In this document: piece after piece, positions 1 to 10,500 of the stretch | Numbering within the stretch: the stretch's first letter is position 1 | Layout: every line of letters starts with the position of its first letter | From: Candidatus Ozemobacteraceae bacterium | GTDB lineage: Bacteria > Muiribacteriota > Ozemobacteria > Ozemobacterales > Ozemobacteraceae | Length of the DNA: 64,000 nucleotides | Reading direction: 5' to 3' | Assembly: GCA_965140445.1 (NCBI GenBank) | Contig: OZ223236.1 | Location: 416,001 to 480,000, forward strand | The notes under the pieces: model-generated | Seen by the model: the letters and a program-made list of their open reading frames with translations, nothing else | Told to the model about the DNA's origin: nothing | The model's database searches: none | Translations under genes and position numbers: made by a program

Positions 1-395
1 TTAACCCATTGGATGCTGTGCTCATTATTTTCAGCAGTTTGTGCGTCCGGACCCTGCTCAAATCGTTGCTTTATCCTGTTCAAGAATTCTTTTCCCCGCC
101 CCTCAGAATCTACTAAGCATTGGCCATCAAGAAGGCAAAGAAAGTTATCTTTTGCCGGGTCCATATCAGCAAAATTGTAAAGCCATGAATCCAGAAAAAT
201 TCCATCTATAAGGCGAGCTTCCTTTGATTGAGATGGGCTTTCGCAAAAACACATCAAATCCACATCGCTTTCAGGCTCATAATCACCACGACTTCTTGAG
301 CCATAAAGAAAGACTATTTCTGGTTGAAACTTTTCTTGCAGATATTCAACAGCACTATTAATGATTTCCTGGTTTTTAATTTTGCTACTATTCAT
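1..395 (-). CDS. Nucleotidyltransferase-domain (MNT/Pol-beta-like) protein, 3' end runs off the window
   Basis: Manual translation from ATG 395 (GGAGG SD at 400-404): MNSSKIKNQEII...VFLYGSRSRGDYEPESDVDL, i.e. the GS..D.D motif; no stop seen in the segments read up to the window edge. Confidence 0.8.
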   Translation of the reverse strand, partial: MNSSKIKNQEIINSAVEYLQEKFQPEIVFLYGSRSRGDYEPESDVDLMCFCESPSQSKEARLIDGIFLDSWLYNFADMDPAKDNFLCLLDGQCLVDSEGRGKEFLNRIKQRFEQGPDAQTAENNEHSIQWV

Positions 396-500
396 GAAGC
401 CTCCAAAATGGTTTTTATATTTTATCACTATCTGAGAAAGTAAAGATGTTTTTCGAGGTGAAGGCTCATGAATTTAAAGTATTTTCAAGGCCTTGCTTAA

Positions 501-675
501 TTTTTTTTTCTTAGAACTGAAAGTTCTAAGAAAAAAAAAGACCGGGTTCATAAAATGACCCGGACTGAAAAATAAGGAGGCAAACAAATCCATAAACTTT
601 TTCGACCGAAGATGATGTTTTGTTAACCTTTATTTTTCGGCCTTTGAGCAACAAAAATAAACAAAGTCAAACATT
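501..675 (-). ncRNA. Dispersed structured element, copy 1 (candidate sRNA; lacks the distal palindrome)
   Basis: Core ccgggttcataaaatgacccggactgaaaaataaggaggcaaacaaatccataaac...cctttatttttc shared with five other loci. Confidence 0.5.
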
Positions 676-703
676 CCAAAGTACAATTGCATTAATATAA
701 TCA

Positions 704-1573
704 TTGGCAAACCAAAACTTTTTTTATTCATTGAGGAAAAAAATGTCATTAAGAAAAATTCAAGTATGTATTATGGTCATAAGTGCACTGATAATAGCTT
801 CTACAGGCAGCAGTCTCAGGGCTGAGAACGCCTCAGAATCCAAGAAGCTGGAATATTATAGAATCTGGCAGGGCAATTCCCTTCCAAGTTTTAATCAAAA
901 AGATTTTTTAAACATACTGGCACAAAAATTTGTCCCCGACACAGCGTCAACTACTCCCCAATTTGGAATGCAAACCTATATGGTTATTATTCCTCCTGCA
1001 TCTTATTCAGGACTAATTCCGGCAGAAATGGCTTTGCTACAATATTCAAGTGAAAAAGATTATCAAAAAATGTTCGGAAATCCAGACGGACAGCGATATG
1101 CCAAAAGTCATTGGGAAGTATTTCAGCGAAATGGCAGTAAAAGTCATGTTACCAGGCCTTTCTCTCATAGCAAAGCCGAGTATTTTCCAACCGGATGGGC
1201 ATACGACGTAACCGAAAAACCAATAAATTGGACCAATGGCCACAACCAGATCTTTCTGGGAAAAAGACGCAAAGATACAGCAAAACCCTTTTTTATGGTG
1301 GAATTGCACAAGCATGTAAAAAAAATTAAAGAGGCTTATACAGAAAAGGGACTCAACGGTTATATAGCAGTTATAACGCCGGAATATGAACTCGCTATTC
1401 AAAACTGGGCCAGCAAAGTAAAAATGGAAGAATGCTTAAACTCTGAAGCAGGCAAGCAACTAACCAAAGAAGCTGAACTCTTGCTTGAACCATTAATCTG
1501 GGAAGAACCCAAACCGTTTAAAGGTGATATTGAGCCTGGTAAAGCATATTTTGTGTATCCGGCTGGCAAGTAG
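704..1573 (+). CDS. Secreted hypothetical protein (true start probably ATG 743 or 772)
   Basis: Long ORF with signal-peptide-like N-terminus; no family recognised. Confidence 0.7.
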   Translation: MANQNFFYSLRKKMSLRKIQVCIMVISALIIASTGSSLRAENASESKKLEYYRIWQGNSLPSFNQKDFLNILAQKFVPDTASTTPQFGMQTYMVIIPPASYSGLIPAEMALLQYSSEKDYQKMFGNPDGQRYAKSHWEVFQRNGSKSHVTRPFSHSKAEYFPTGWAYDVTEKPINWTNGHNQIFLGKRRKDTAKPFFMVELHKHVKKIKEAYTEKGLNGYIAVITPEYELAIQNWASKVKMEECLNSEAGKQLTKEAELLLEPLIWEEPKPFKGDIEPGKAYFVYPAGK

Positions 1574-1580
1574 CTTATTT

Positions 1581-1800
1581 CTTTTTTTCATCGAACGAAG
1601 TTCGGTGAAAAAAAGAAATCCGGGTTCATAAAATGACCCGGACTGAAAAATAAGGAGGCAAACAAATCCATAAACTTTTTCGACCGAAGTTGATGTTTCG
1701 TTAACCTTTATTTTTCAGCCTTTAACAGGCATTAAGGCACCTGAATAAACAATGGCAAACAAACTTAATCCGAGGTACGTACCAGCGGATGAAAACTTTT
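1581..1800 (-). ncRNA. Dispersed structured element, copy 2
   Basis: Same core at 1620-1723; palindrome GGTACGTACC at 1774-1783. Confidence 0.5.
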
Positions 1801-1801
1801 T

Positions 1802-2743
1802 TTAATTTTGCTGAAAAATACTTTTTTCTGCCAAAGATTGAGTTGTTTCAGCATCTAAAATCACAGGAAAGTAAATCTCGGAGAAACCCTCAATTGAAAG
1901 TTCCAATTCATTTCCGGATGCGAAGTCTCTAATAATTGTTTTGAATCTTCCACCGCGAAGAGACCTGTAAATCATGGTCTTCCCATCTGCAGAAGTTGAA
2001 GGCTGCCAATCATAAGCTCTGGCGTTGGTTATATTCTGGTAGTCCCACTTTCCATCTGAATCTTTAAACAATTCAAAAATACTGCCAACCTGACCAACCC
2101 TACGCACAAACAAGTATTTTCCTGCTTCTGCATTAGCATAGCTCTGCCAATTCTGGCCGCCACTAACCACTTCAACTTCTTCTCCAGTATTTAGATCCCG
2201 GTGAGTGAGTATAAAGCCGTTCTGAGTAACCCTTGAAAGCATTATTTTGTCTGGTGACAACCAGGCAAGCTGGCCTCCAGATAAACCCTTATATGAAAAC
2301 GGAGTAAATTTTCCATCTGGATACTCAATGATTCCAGTTTCAACAAAACCGTTGCTTAAACCACGAACTGACAGAATCCGGTTGTCCCATGGAGAAGGAA
2401 CTGCCCAGCCAAGGCTTCCGTCGGGGTCTGTCTTTGTCCAAACTGTTTTTAGTGAACTATCAATTGCAACCAGACCATATTTTCCATCAGCCTGCTCTCT
2501 CGAAGCCACCACCAGTTTGTTTCTGGCCCACCACTGGGCGTTGCCTTCCTTAACCGGGGTTCTGGTTAAGGGATATATCTTTCCGGAGTTGCCATCTGGA
2601 ACCCACAAATAAATGTCCGAAGTCTCATTCTGAACTCCAACAAAAAGAACTCCTGCTGGCATTTCCTGTGAAAACGAAGCTAATGAAGCAAAACAAAAAA
2701 GAAAACATATAAATAAAACGCTTTTGCGCAAAATAAACCTCAC
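1802..2743 (-). CDS. TolB-like (PD40/WD40) beta-propeller secreted protein
   Basis: Signal peptide; PSPWD and DWQPSTSADGKTMIY PD40-like motifs. Confidence 0.7.
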   Translation of the reverse strand: MRFILRKSVLFICFLFCFASLASFSQEMPAGVLFVGVQNETSDIYLWVPDGNSGKIYPLTRTPVKEGNAQWWARNKLVVASREQADGKYGLVAIDSSLKTVWTKTDPDGSLGWAVPSPWDNRILSVRGLSNGFVETGIIEYPDGKFTPFSYKGLSGGQLAWLSPDKIMLSRVTQNGFILTHRDLNTGEEVEVVSGGQNWQSYANAEAGKYLFVRRVGQVGSIFELFKDSDGKWDYQNITNARAYDWQPSTSADGKTMIYRSLRGGRFKTIIRDFASGNELELSIEGFSEIYFPVILDAETTQSLAEKSIFQQN

Positions 2744-2887
2744 AAGACTACAAATTATTAACTAACTGCAATTTAACCCTTTTTTAAAATCTGAGCAAGT
2801 CAGCCAGAAAGTTGAAGAACGAGTATAAACTCGGTTAGAATTGATTATATAAAAGAACAACAACCAAAGTTAGAAGAGGAAAAAATC

Positions 2888-3214
2888 TTGTCAGAAATTT
2901 CCAGTAAAATAAAAAAAGCGCTCCAGGAAACCCCGGTACAAATGATTATCGGAGCCTTTTCCACCGGGCAGGGTCTAATCTTTTTAATCCTGATTCTGGA
3001 GTTAATCCCAAAATTTATTCGCGTTCAAGAATACCCCCGCCAAACGGTTCTTATCTGGATTTTCATTAATATGTTTTTCGGCTTTCTCGCCCTGCTGCCA
3101 ACCGCCGAAATAGCCATGAACCGCGCCAAAATGACCTCCCGCATCCGATTACGCATGTTGTTACCAGCATTGGTTTCCTGTGCCTACCTGATATTTATTG
3201 CGGTTTTGCGCTAG
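2888..3214 (+). CDS. Small membrane protein (about 3 TM segments)
   Basis: Three hydrophobic segments; GAGGA upstream of the TTG start. Confidence 0.6.
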   Translation: MSEISSKIKKALQETPVQMIIGAFSTGQGLIFLILILELIPKFIRVQEYPRQTVLIWIFINMFFGFLALLPTAEIAMNRAKMTSRIRLRMLLPALVSCAYLIFIAVLR

Positions 3215-3247
3215 CTTAGTTAGCTAAGAACTTTTTAATAGAACCAC

Positions 3248-4147
3248 TTACGACTGATTTTGTTTAACCAGCCTGGCAATCATATCGTGAAAGTCTTCCG
3301 GGTTTTCTTTTTTATTCATAAAAAATGTAATCTCATCAACGCACTTAGTAACATTTGAGACAATCTCCGAACCTGAAAACCTGAACACAGTAAATCCATT
3401 AGTCTGTAAGGATCTATCTTGCTGCTTATCCATAATTATGCGCTCAGGAGATTTATGAAACTCTGTTCCATCGCAGTAAATCAATAAATCGGCCTTCCTG
3501 ATCACAAAATCAGGAACTGAAAACTTCCTGTCTTCCAGAATTATTTCTACCTGTTCTTCAAAAACAATCTTTCGCCGCTCCAGTTCTTCTTTAAAAATCT
3601 TTTCAATTGGGGAAGCTTGCGCAGCTTTGTGAGGAAGATTATACCTCTCATGGTGTTTTTTCTTTCTTAGCTTTACCCCCACATCGGTTCCACCAGTACT
3701 ATTTATAGTTACAGCCCCAATATCGCACATCATAGATGGGTCTGAAAAATACTTTTTCAAAAATAAGTAAAGAGCATCATCAATTTTGTTTGAAATACTT
3801 TCTATAAATAAATGCAAAATATTCTTTCGGTGATATCCAATCTTGACCAGGCCTGACCAATCCATGTCAGACTCGACGTTTACATTAGTTGGACGTCTGT
3901 AGGCGTAGCTTGTCATACCAGTTTTTTCTATAACTTGAATATAACTAATTCTAATCTTTGAAATTCGATGTAGTTCCGCGTCTATTTCAGCATAGCCTTT
4001 AGGGTTCTGAAACTCTTTTTTTGGTGGCACATTTATGAAGCCAATATGGTTTTCCGTTTCACAAACAATTTGAAACTTTGGAAACGCTTCATAATAATTG
4101 TTAAAACAATCGTCTTCTCGCCAATAATTGTTATATCGCCGTCCCAT
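3248..4147 (-). CDS. DUF559/Vsr-like endonuclease-domain protein
   Basis: C-terminal PDF...IYCDGTEFH...D..QD..L...GFTVFRFSGSEI pattern. Confidence 0.75.
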   Translation of the reverse strand: MGRRYNNYWREDDCFNNYYEAFPKFQIVCETENHIGFINVPPKKEFQNPKGYAEIDAELHRISKIRISYIQVIEKTGMTSYAYRRPTNVNVESDMDWSGLVKIGYHRKNILHLFIESISNKIDDALYLFLKKYFSDPSMMCDIGAVTINSTGGTDVGVKLRKKKHHERYNLPHKAAQASPIEKIFKEELERRKIVFEEQVEIILEDRKFSVPDFVIRKADLLIYCDGTEFHKSPERIIMDKQQDRSLQTNGFTVFRFSGSEIVSNVTKCVDEITFFMNKKENPEDFHDMIARLVKQNQS

Positions 4148-4337
4148 TGTCCTCTCCGTTGCAATTTTTTATTGGTGTTTTTTAAAATTCTCCGATTGAT
4201 CCTTAACTTGCTGCAATTAATTAAAGATACCCGCTCCCCAGCGCAGTTCCCAAATCAGGTTTTAACGTATATCTTTCTCTTATCTCTCAGAACCGAAATA
4301 GATGATACTCCCGGATTTTTCCACAGAAAATTAGCTT

Positions 4338-4781
4338 TTATCTATTTTTTAAGCACTCTATGTCCAATAAGTCTTTGGGGCGACCAGTAGCCTTTTTATT
4401 CTTAATTAAATTTGCCACTGAAATCACAGGAATCTCTATACCACTAATGTTTATAGTTAAATGATCATTTTTGGCATCATCAAACTCGACACCATCAATT
4501 GAAGTTAAAAAATCTATTCTTCGTGGTGCAACACCTATTTGGAAAACAATATCCGGATCGGTAAAATCAGAGCTGGTAATATCGGAGGTCGGAGCGCCAA
4601 ATCTTTTTAAAGCCTTAATAAGCTTTTCAGAATTTTTTGTTTCAGTTTTTACCCAGATATCAATGTCGCCTGTGGCCCTTGGTATACCATGAGCCGCTAA
4701 AGCATACGCATCAACAACAATAAAATCAACTTCTTCTTCTAACAAGATTTGTAACATTTCTCTGTAATCGTTGTTGAGCAA
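4338..4781 (-). CDS. DUF6036-like nucleotidyltransferase (likely start TTG 4781)
   Basis: AYALAAHGIPRATGDIDIWV...NKKATGRPKDLLD; AAGGAG SD just upstream of TTG 4781. Confidence 0.75.
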   Translation of the reverse strand: MLNNDYREMLQILLEEEVDFIVVDAYALAAHGIPRATGDIDIWVKTETKNSEKLIKALKRFGAPTSDITSSDFTDPDIVFQIGVAPRRIDFLTSIDGVEFDDAKNDHLTINISGIEIPVISVANLIKNKKATGRPKDLLDIECLKNR

Positions 4782-4917
4782 TTTTGTCTCCTTTAAAAGC
4801 CCAGGCATCAAGTGTTATAGGCCAAACCATGGCAAAAAGCTCAGATGGAGGGGCATTTATAAATTCCCCATCTGCTTTTGAATTTCTTTTAACTTTTTTA
4901 ATAATCAATCTCTGCAT
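4726..4917 (-). CDS. Small protein overlapping the nucleotidyltransferase (possible toxin-antitoxin-like partner)
   Basis: 63-aa ORF, AAGGT upstream, overlaps the start of the downstream gene. Confidence 0.55.
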   Translation of the reverse strand: MQRLIIKKVKRNSKADGEFINAPPSELFAMVWPITLDAWAFKGDKIAQQRLQRNVTNLVRRRS

Positions 4918-4990
4918 GAAATTACCTTAAAATCTTTGTCTACCTATTAATGATAGCACTTTACAGAGTAATTTAAAATTGGATTTGTCC

Positions 4991-5215
4991 CTTTTTTTTT
5001 CTCTTCAAACGAAGTTTGAAGAGAAAAAAAAAGACCGGGCTCATAAAAATGACCCGGACTGAAAAATAAGGAGGCAAACAAATCCATAAACTTTTTCGAC
5101 CGAAGATGATGTTTTGTTAACCTTTATTTTTCGGGCTTTAACGGACATTGGCCAACATAAACAGACGATGACAAACAAACTTAATCTGGGGTACGTACCA
5201 GCGGATAAAAATTAT
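4991..5215 (-). ncRNA. Dispersed structured element, copy 3
   Basis: Core at ~5035-5139; palindrome GGTACGTACC at 5190-5199. Confidence 0.5.
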
Positions 5216-5506
5216 TTTTCTGAAGTTTCAAAATCCTTTAAATAATCCGTTCGTAAATTAGATAAAATAGACTCTAACAAGCAATCTGGATGATGTTTCG
5301 GAGACAGTATATTCATAGCAATATTCAAATTTCATCCTTCTGCGGGAATTACTAAGACTGAGAATCGCACCCAAAAAAGCAAATCATGTAATTTAACGAG
5401 ATTCGGTTTCTTTCAGAAAAGACTAAAACCAAGCTATTAACAAAATTCCCGATAATTGTTATGATTAACAAATAGACTTAGAGTACAGACTCAGGGGAGA
5501 AGGTAG

Positions 5507-6001
5507 ATGAGAATCGTCTCGATGATATTTATTGGAGCTTTGTTATCAGCATTTAACCTGATGGCGATCCCTGCTGTTAATGCAGACCAGACCGCCTATG
5601 TGCTCCCGGCGAACATAAGCATGAAATTAAAGCCTTCATTGGACAAAAAGCTTATGGCAACCATTACCCCTGAAACCGGTATTCCATCAAATCTGAAAAT
5701 TCGTTTTACAAGTTCTGATGGCATAAAGGTCATTACTCCAAAATTCAAAATGGAGCGACTTAATAAAGCGATGAGTTTTCAGGTTGAGTTTGAAAAAACT
5801 CAAATTCAGGAAGAAAAAAGCTGGATCAAGATGCTGGTCGAATATGAACCGGATTTTCTGGCCCTGCTGAAGAAATCAAATAACAAAATAAACTTCCCGG
5901 ATCAAGACGAAAGAAAACGTCTGGTTGATAGGGTTAAAGAAGTAATGATCAATGCTAAAGAGTTTACCGAAGGTACTTTTTACAGGTTTCCCAAGGAGTA
6001 G
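5507..6001 (+). CDS. Secreted hypothetical protein
   Basis: Signal peptide; purine-rich SD-like region upstream; 5 bp from the next gene. Confidence 0.7.
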   Translation: MRIVSMIFIGALLSAFNLMAIPAVNADQTAYVLPANISMKLKPSLDKKLMATITPETGIPSNLKIRFTSSDGIKVITPKFKMERLNKAMSFQVEFEKTQIQEEKSWIKMLVEYEPDFLALLKKSNNKINFPDQDERKRLVDRVKEVMINAKEFTEGTFYRFPKE

Positions 6002-6006
6002 AGAAC

Positions 6007-7470
6007 ATGAAAAAATTAAGTATAACGGCCAGAATGGCGGCGCTTTTCCTGATAATCGGATTCATTTTTTCTTTCTCTGCTCAGGTTTCAGCAGCCAAAG
6101 AAGTGGAATTTGAATTCTACTACCAGAATATCGAAAAAGTTATCCAGATCAATGAGCCAGAGCCAAGCGGCTGGTGGGAATTCGCCAAAAGCACGGTTAA
6201 AAAAGGCATTAATATTGTCAAACAAACATGGGAAAGCAATGTGGCGCGCCGGTATTTTCCTGGCGAAGGCAAAAAAACCTGGTATTCAAAAAAAGATCCT
6301 AACCTTGCCTATGAAGTAAACAGAACCAAAGTTACCAGTGAAAGCCAGTTAATGAAATTGATGGGAGCTGGGAGCGAGGCAGAGCTAACAGATGGCCAAA
6401 AAGCACTCCTGGCCGTATACCGCCATTCCAAGAGTCAGGCAGTAAAAGATAGAGCCAAATACAATTATCAATCCAGTATAAAAGTTATGCTTTCTGACAC
6501 AACTGGTTTTGATAATTCGTCAGAGTATCCGAATGTGCGCAAGGATTTCTGGCCTTATTCGCAGGGAAACCTCATCCAGATGTCTTCTGGGCGCTACAAC
6601 TACCCTGGCTCCGATGATGATTCGCAATCTACCTTTGTCCACGAATATTCGCACTCAATGGACAGAACTATTAAAGAAATCATCAACCCATACGGCAAGG
6701 ATGGCTCACATTACTCCAACGAGTTAACGGCACCAAGAGCTGCTTTTGTAGAGGGTTGGGCAGAGTTCAATGAAATGCTGGACTCAGAAGACGAAGTAAG
6801 AGCCATGGAAAACTCCATCAAGAGAGTTCGACTCGAAAGCAAGTCAACCGCCGGGGATTATACACAGGTTAAATCTGACTCCCCTGATCTTAGCGGAAAA
6901 GACTTGATGTCTGTAGAGGGAATCAACGCCATGATCCTCTACCGAATGGCAACCGAAATTCCTGATGGCAAGGAAAAGGTTTTTAAAGCCTTTACCAGCA
7001 CCCGCTGGAAATTGTTCCGAAACCTTAAATCCATGTCCAAATACTTCGCCAGAAAATACCCCGAAGATGCAGCAAAGTTAGCAGAAATTTTTAATGATGA
7101 AACTTTTGGCAAACTTTCTGATAGAGAATTGATGGGGTATGTCGGCTCAAGCGACTCAGTAAAAAATTACATCGCACAGCGTGATTTACCAGTTACAACA
7201 GATGTGGCCGCTCCTATGGGTTCATCAACCCAATCCGCGCCTTCAGCCAGCGCTGCAGCACCAGAATTGCCAGAAAACGCTTTAACAGCTCAGGACTTTT
7301 CAATCTCTTTGCAGAAAGCCCATGAACTAGCTCAAAACGCTTTAAGAGCATATACAACGGCAATACAGAATGGCGCTGCCGCAGAAGAATGCACCAAACT
7401 CCAACAAGAGTTAGTGAAACGTAAATCCTTTTTAAGCAATCTGTTGAAAATACGCAAACACAGGCGATAA
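6007..7470 (+). CDS. Secreted zinc metallopeptidase-like protein (gluzincin-type)
   Basis: FVHEYSH plus downstream AFVEGWAEF; signal peptide; AAGGAG SD. Confidence 0.7.
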   Translation: MKKLSITARMAALFLIIGFIFSFSAQVSAAKEVEFEFYYQNIEKVIQINEPEPSGWWEFAKSTVKKGINIVKQTWESNVARRYFPGEGKKTWYSKKDPNLAYEVNRTKVTSESQLMKLMGAGSEAELTDGQKALLAVYRHSKSQAVKDRAKYNYQSSIKVMLSDTTGFDNSSEYPNVRKDFWPYSQGNLIQMSSGRYNYPGSDDDSQSTFVHEYSHSMDRTIKEIINPYGKDGSHYSNELTAPRAAFVEGWAEFNEMLDSEDEVRAMENSIKRVRLESKSTAGDYTQVKSDSPDLSGKDLMSVEGINAMILYRMATEIPDGKEKVFKAFTSTRWKLFRNLKSMSKYFARKYPEDAAKLAEIFNDETFGKLSDRELMGYVGSSDSVKNYIAQRDLPVTTDVAAPMGSSTQSAPSASAAAPELPENALTAQDFSISLQKAHELAQNALRAYTTAIQNGAAAEECTKLQQELVKRKSFLSNLLKIRKHRR

Positions 7471-7488
7471 TAGATTTATTCAGATAAG

Positions 7489-7519
7489 AAAAAAAGCACC
7501 TTAAAGGGTGCTTTTTTTT
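7489..7519. terminator. Bidirectional intrinsic terminator
   Basis: A-run gcacc ttaaag ggtgc T-run between convergent genes. Confidence 0.8.
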
Positions 7520-7569
7520 GCAGTCATATCTTTTCCAGGCATCTTCATTCTCTTGCAGTATTTTTTATT

Positions 7570-10500
7570 TTACCACTCGTAATACTTGCTTTCGCCTTTG
7601 ATATCCAGGTCGTCTTTAGTTGAAAAAATGACGGCATCAGGATGATAACTGGTAGGATAGTCTTGCTTTTGTGTAACTTCCTCAAGCTTTATAGCATCGA
7701 CATAAGTAGCTTTACCAGAACCGTCAACCGAAGTATTTTCAATCAAAATATATGTTTTGCTGGCAATCAAAGGGTTATAGCGATATGGAAACCGTAAAAA
7801 CACCCTATACCAAAGATTGCTGGCACCACTTATGGAATAACCATTCAAAGTTTTTTCAGTGCTTCCAACCACCGCAGTTGGAGGGATTGCATTAATATTC
7901 CCAAGTGAATCAACTTCGACGCCTTGATAACCTGTTGTAATGCCAACTTCATCAGTCAATAGAAACCCGATTCTTGCAGAACCGCTTCCCGGGCAAATGT
8001 ATCCAGAAAGAATGTAGCTTCCAGAGGCAGCTGGAAATGCAGGAAAAGTTAAAGTCGCTATCTCCTGATACAAGCTTCCTTTGTTAAGTCCCTGCGGGCC
8101 GCCAGGAATTATTTCACATTTAAGATCCATCACATCCGACGGCGGTGAACCACCTGTCAAAAGCTGGGTTCCCGGACCGTATTCGCCAAGAGTCAATTCA
8201 ACTGAAATTCTTCCAATCTGCAAAGTTGCAGTGGCATATTCTCCCGGCAAAATGGGTTCTGGTTGAGCAAAACCGAAACTAAGACTGGCAATAGGAATAA
8301 ATTCTGACCCAGAAGCCAGGGAGGTTTTGCTCCATGTTAGCCCTGATATATTTACATTTCCGGTATTTCGGAAAGGAATTTCATAAATGGTAGAAAAGGT
8401 TCCTCTGGCGATTTTTCCGGCATCAAATGTCGCTGGAATAATATCCAAAGCAGAATAAGAATTAATTGGCAAATTCACATCAACGTTTGTAACAGTTTCC
8501 CACGAATCCTTCACATCATTATTGTTTCGGTCATCCCAGAAAGATAATGTGCCAGAATATAGTCCCGGAGGCGTGGTAAATGAATCAACATTAACTGAAA
8601 CAGAGGCTTGCTCAATCGCGGATGGGGCAAGCGCCGGAAAGATTGTCGGCAAAATTGAAATACTCGCCACCGGAATTATATTTCCGCCATTAACAAGGTC
8701 TGTCATAGTAAATTTTAGATGCTTGAAAGTAATCAAACCTGAATTTGAAATTTCCAGACTCTTAGTCGCCGTCCATCCAAGAGGGTCCATGGCTGCGAAA
8801 GTTATTGGATCAGGATTAACTGCAACAAAAGGAGTGACAACCTGGAGCTGAACCAACAAATTAGCATTGGACTCGGTTCCGGAATCAAAAGTGTTCAGTC
8901 CAGGGTTAAAATCATCTTCATAAAAAGTCATGCTTCCGACATAACTACCATCTACAGCTCCATTTGGAATTAGAACTGAAATAGTAGATATCTCGCTGAC
9001 AGGAAATCCCGGCGGGGGCGTAACCATTGCCCCAATAGGATCAGGAATAATAGTTATTTGACTGGTGTTTATAGTTCCTGCCCCAGCTACAAGCGGTTGC
9101 TTGCTGTATCTGGCGTCAAGCAAAGCGGAGTTTCCGATATTTTGCGCAAGAAAGCCAGCAGAAGCAATATCGCCACGAGCCATGATTCCAAAATTTACTG
9201 TATTTGGAACAAGCTTCAGGGCTTTAATGTAATTAGCTGATAACACTACAGGCACCGATGTGGCAGTTTCTCCTGCCTGAATTATATTGTCATCGTTTGA
9301 GTCTTCCCAGGCCCATAGAACGCCAGTATAGGTGCCCGGCGGCTGACCAACCGGGATGTTAACAGAAGTAGAAATCGTTTTGGTCTGAGTCAGAACCATA
9401 GGGCCAATATCTCTGGATGGGTTGAAAGAGAAGGCCGTGGAAGCAATGTTAGTTCCGGGAACAACGGGAGTTAGCTCAGTGGTCTCAACCTTAACTCTCG
9501 ATAGAGTTAGCGAGCCAGTGTTCTTAAGAGAAACAAAAACAGAATTTGTCTGGGAAGCAGCCGCACCGCTCAAATTAATCTGAGGTGGTGAAACCAGAGT
9601 TATTTCCTGATCACCAATCTCAATTCTCAACAATAATGTGCAAAAAGCCTCATCCGGATCGCGGGTGCCGTTAGTATTTACATCAGCATAAATAGTCATA
9701 TTACCGGTAAAAATTCCCAGACTATGTAAAGACGGAACATCTGCAGTTACATCAACATATCTCAATTCCCCGGCATTAATACTCAAAGAAGGGTCTGGAG
9801 TCACAGAAATATTTGCCACATCAAAGAAGCTTGTCCCATCAGTAAGGGAAGCAATTTCGTATCTTACTTCTGATATTGGTAGGCTTCCAGCGTTTCTGAA
9901 GCCAACGGAAATAAGCTTTACCGTTCCTGGCTTTACTCCGCCAAAATCTTCGGTAGTTTTTAAAGAATAAAGCCTGTAAAAGCTTTCTACCACAAATGAA
10001 GCAACCCCGATATCTCTTGGTTCAAAGGAATCCATAATGCCATTGGCGTTTAAATCCTCAAACCATGTGTAAGTAGCAAGATAAGTGCCTGTTCCGGTCC
10101 CCCCGGGGACATAAACCGCTGCTGATGCAGCTGATACTAAGCCAGTTCCAATAAACAATGGCGAATTTAAGGCGATATTGTCAGTTCCAACCAATCCAGG
10201 CTGTTCAATATTTACAAATTCAAGCGAGCTTCCAATAAGCTTACTTAGTGGAACTTGTCCGGTATTTTCTATGTCGGTAAATTGAGTTGGCAAATCAAAA
10301 GTGGGAGTTCCAAACCCATACTCAAAAATATCCGGTAAAAGGGCAAGTGACTGGGTGCCGACCGACCAGCGAATGGTGAAGCTGTCAGATGCTCCGCCAG
10401 AAATGTCATCATAGAGGGTTCCAGTGGCTTCATAAACTCCAGGAGTCATGGTAGCAGGCACATTTATCCACAAGCTTGCGCTTCCAAACCCATTAAAAGC

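Noticed and set aside
472..593. Small ORF MDLFASLFFSPGHF... on the minus strand of the repeated element
   Set aside because: No SD, and a 4A/5A indel between copies shifts the frame, so it is not conserved as a peptide
542..645. c-di-GMP-I riboswitch (GGCAAAC)
   Set aside because: Lacks the GNRA loop and second-stem motifs; copies also lie between convergent genes
1770..1790. Sigma54 promoter at TGGTACG
   Set aside because: No GC at the -12 position in the copies checked
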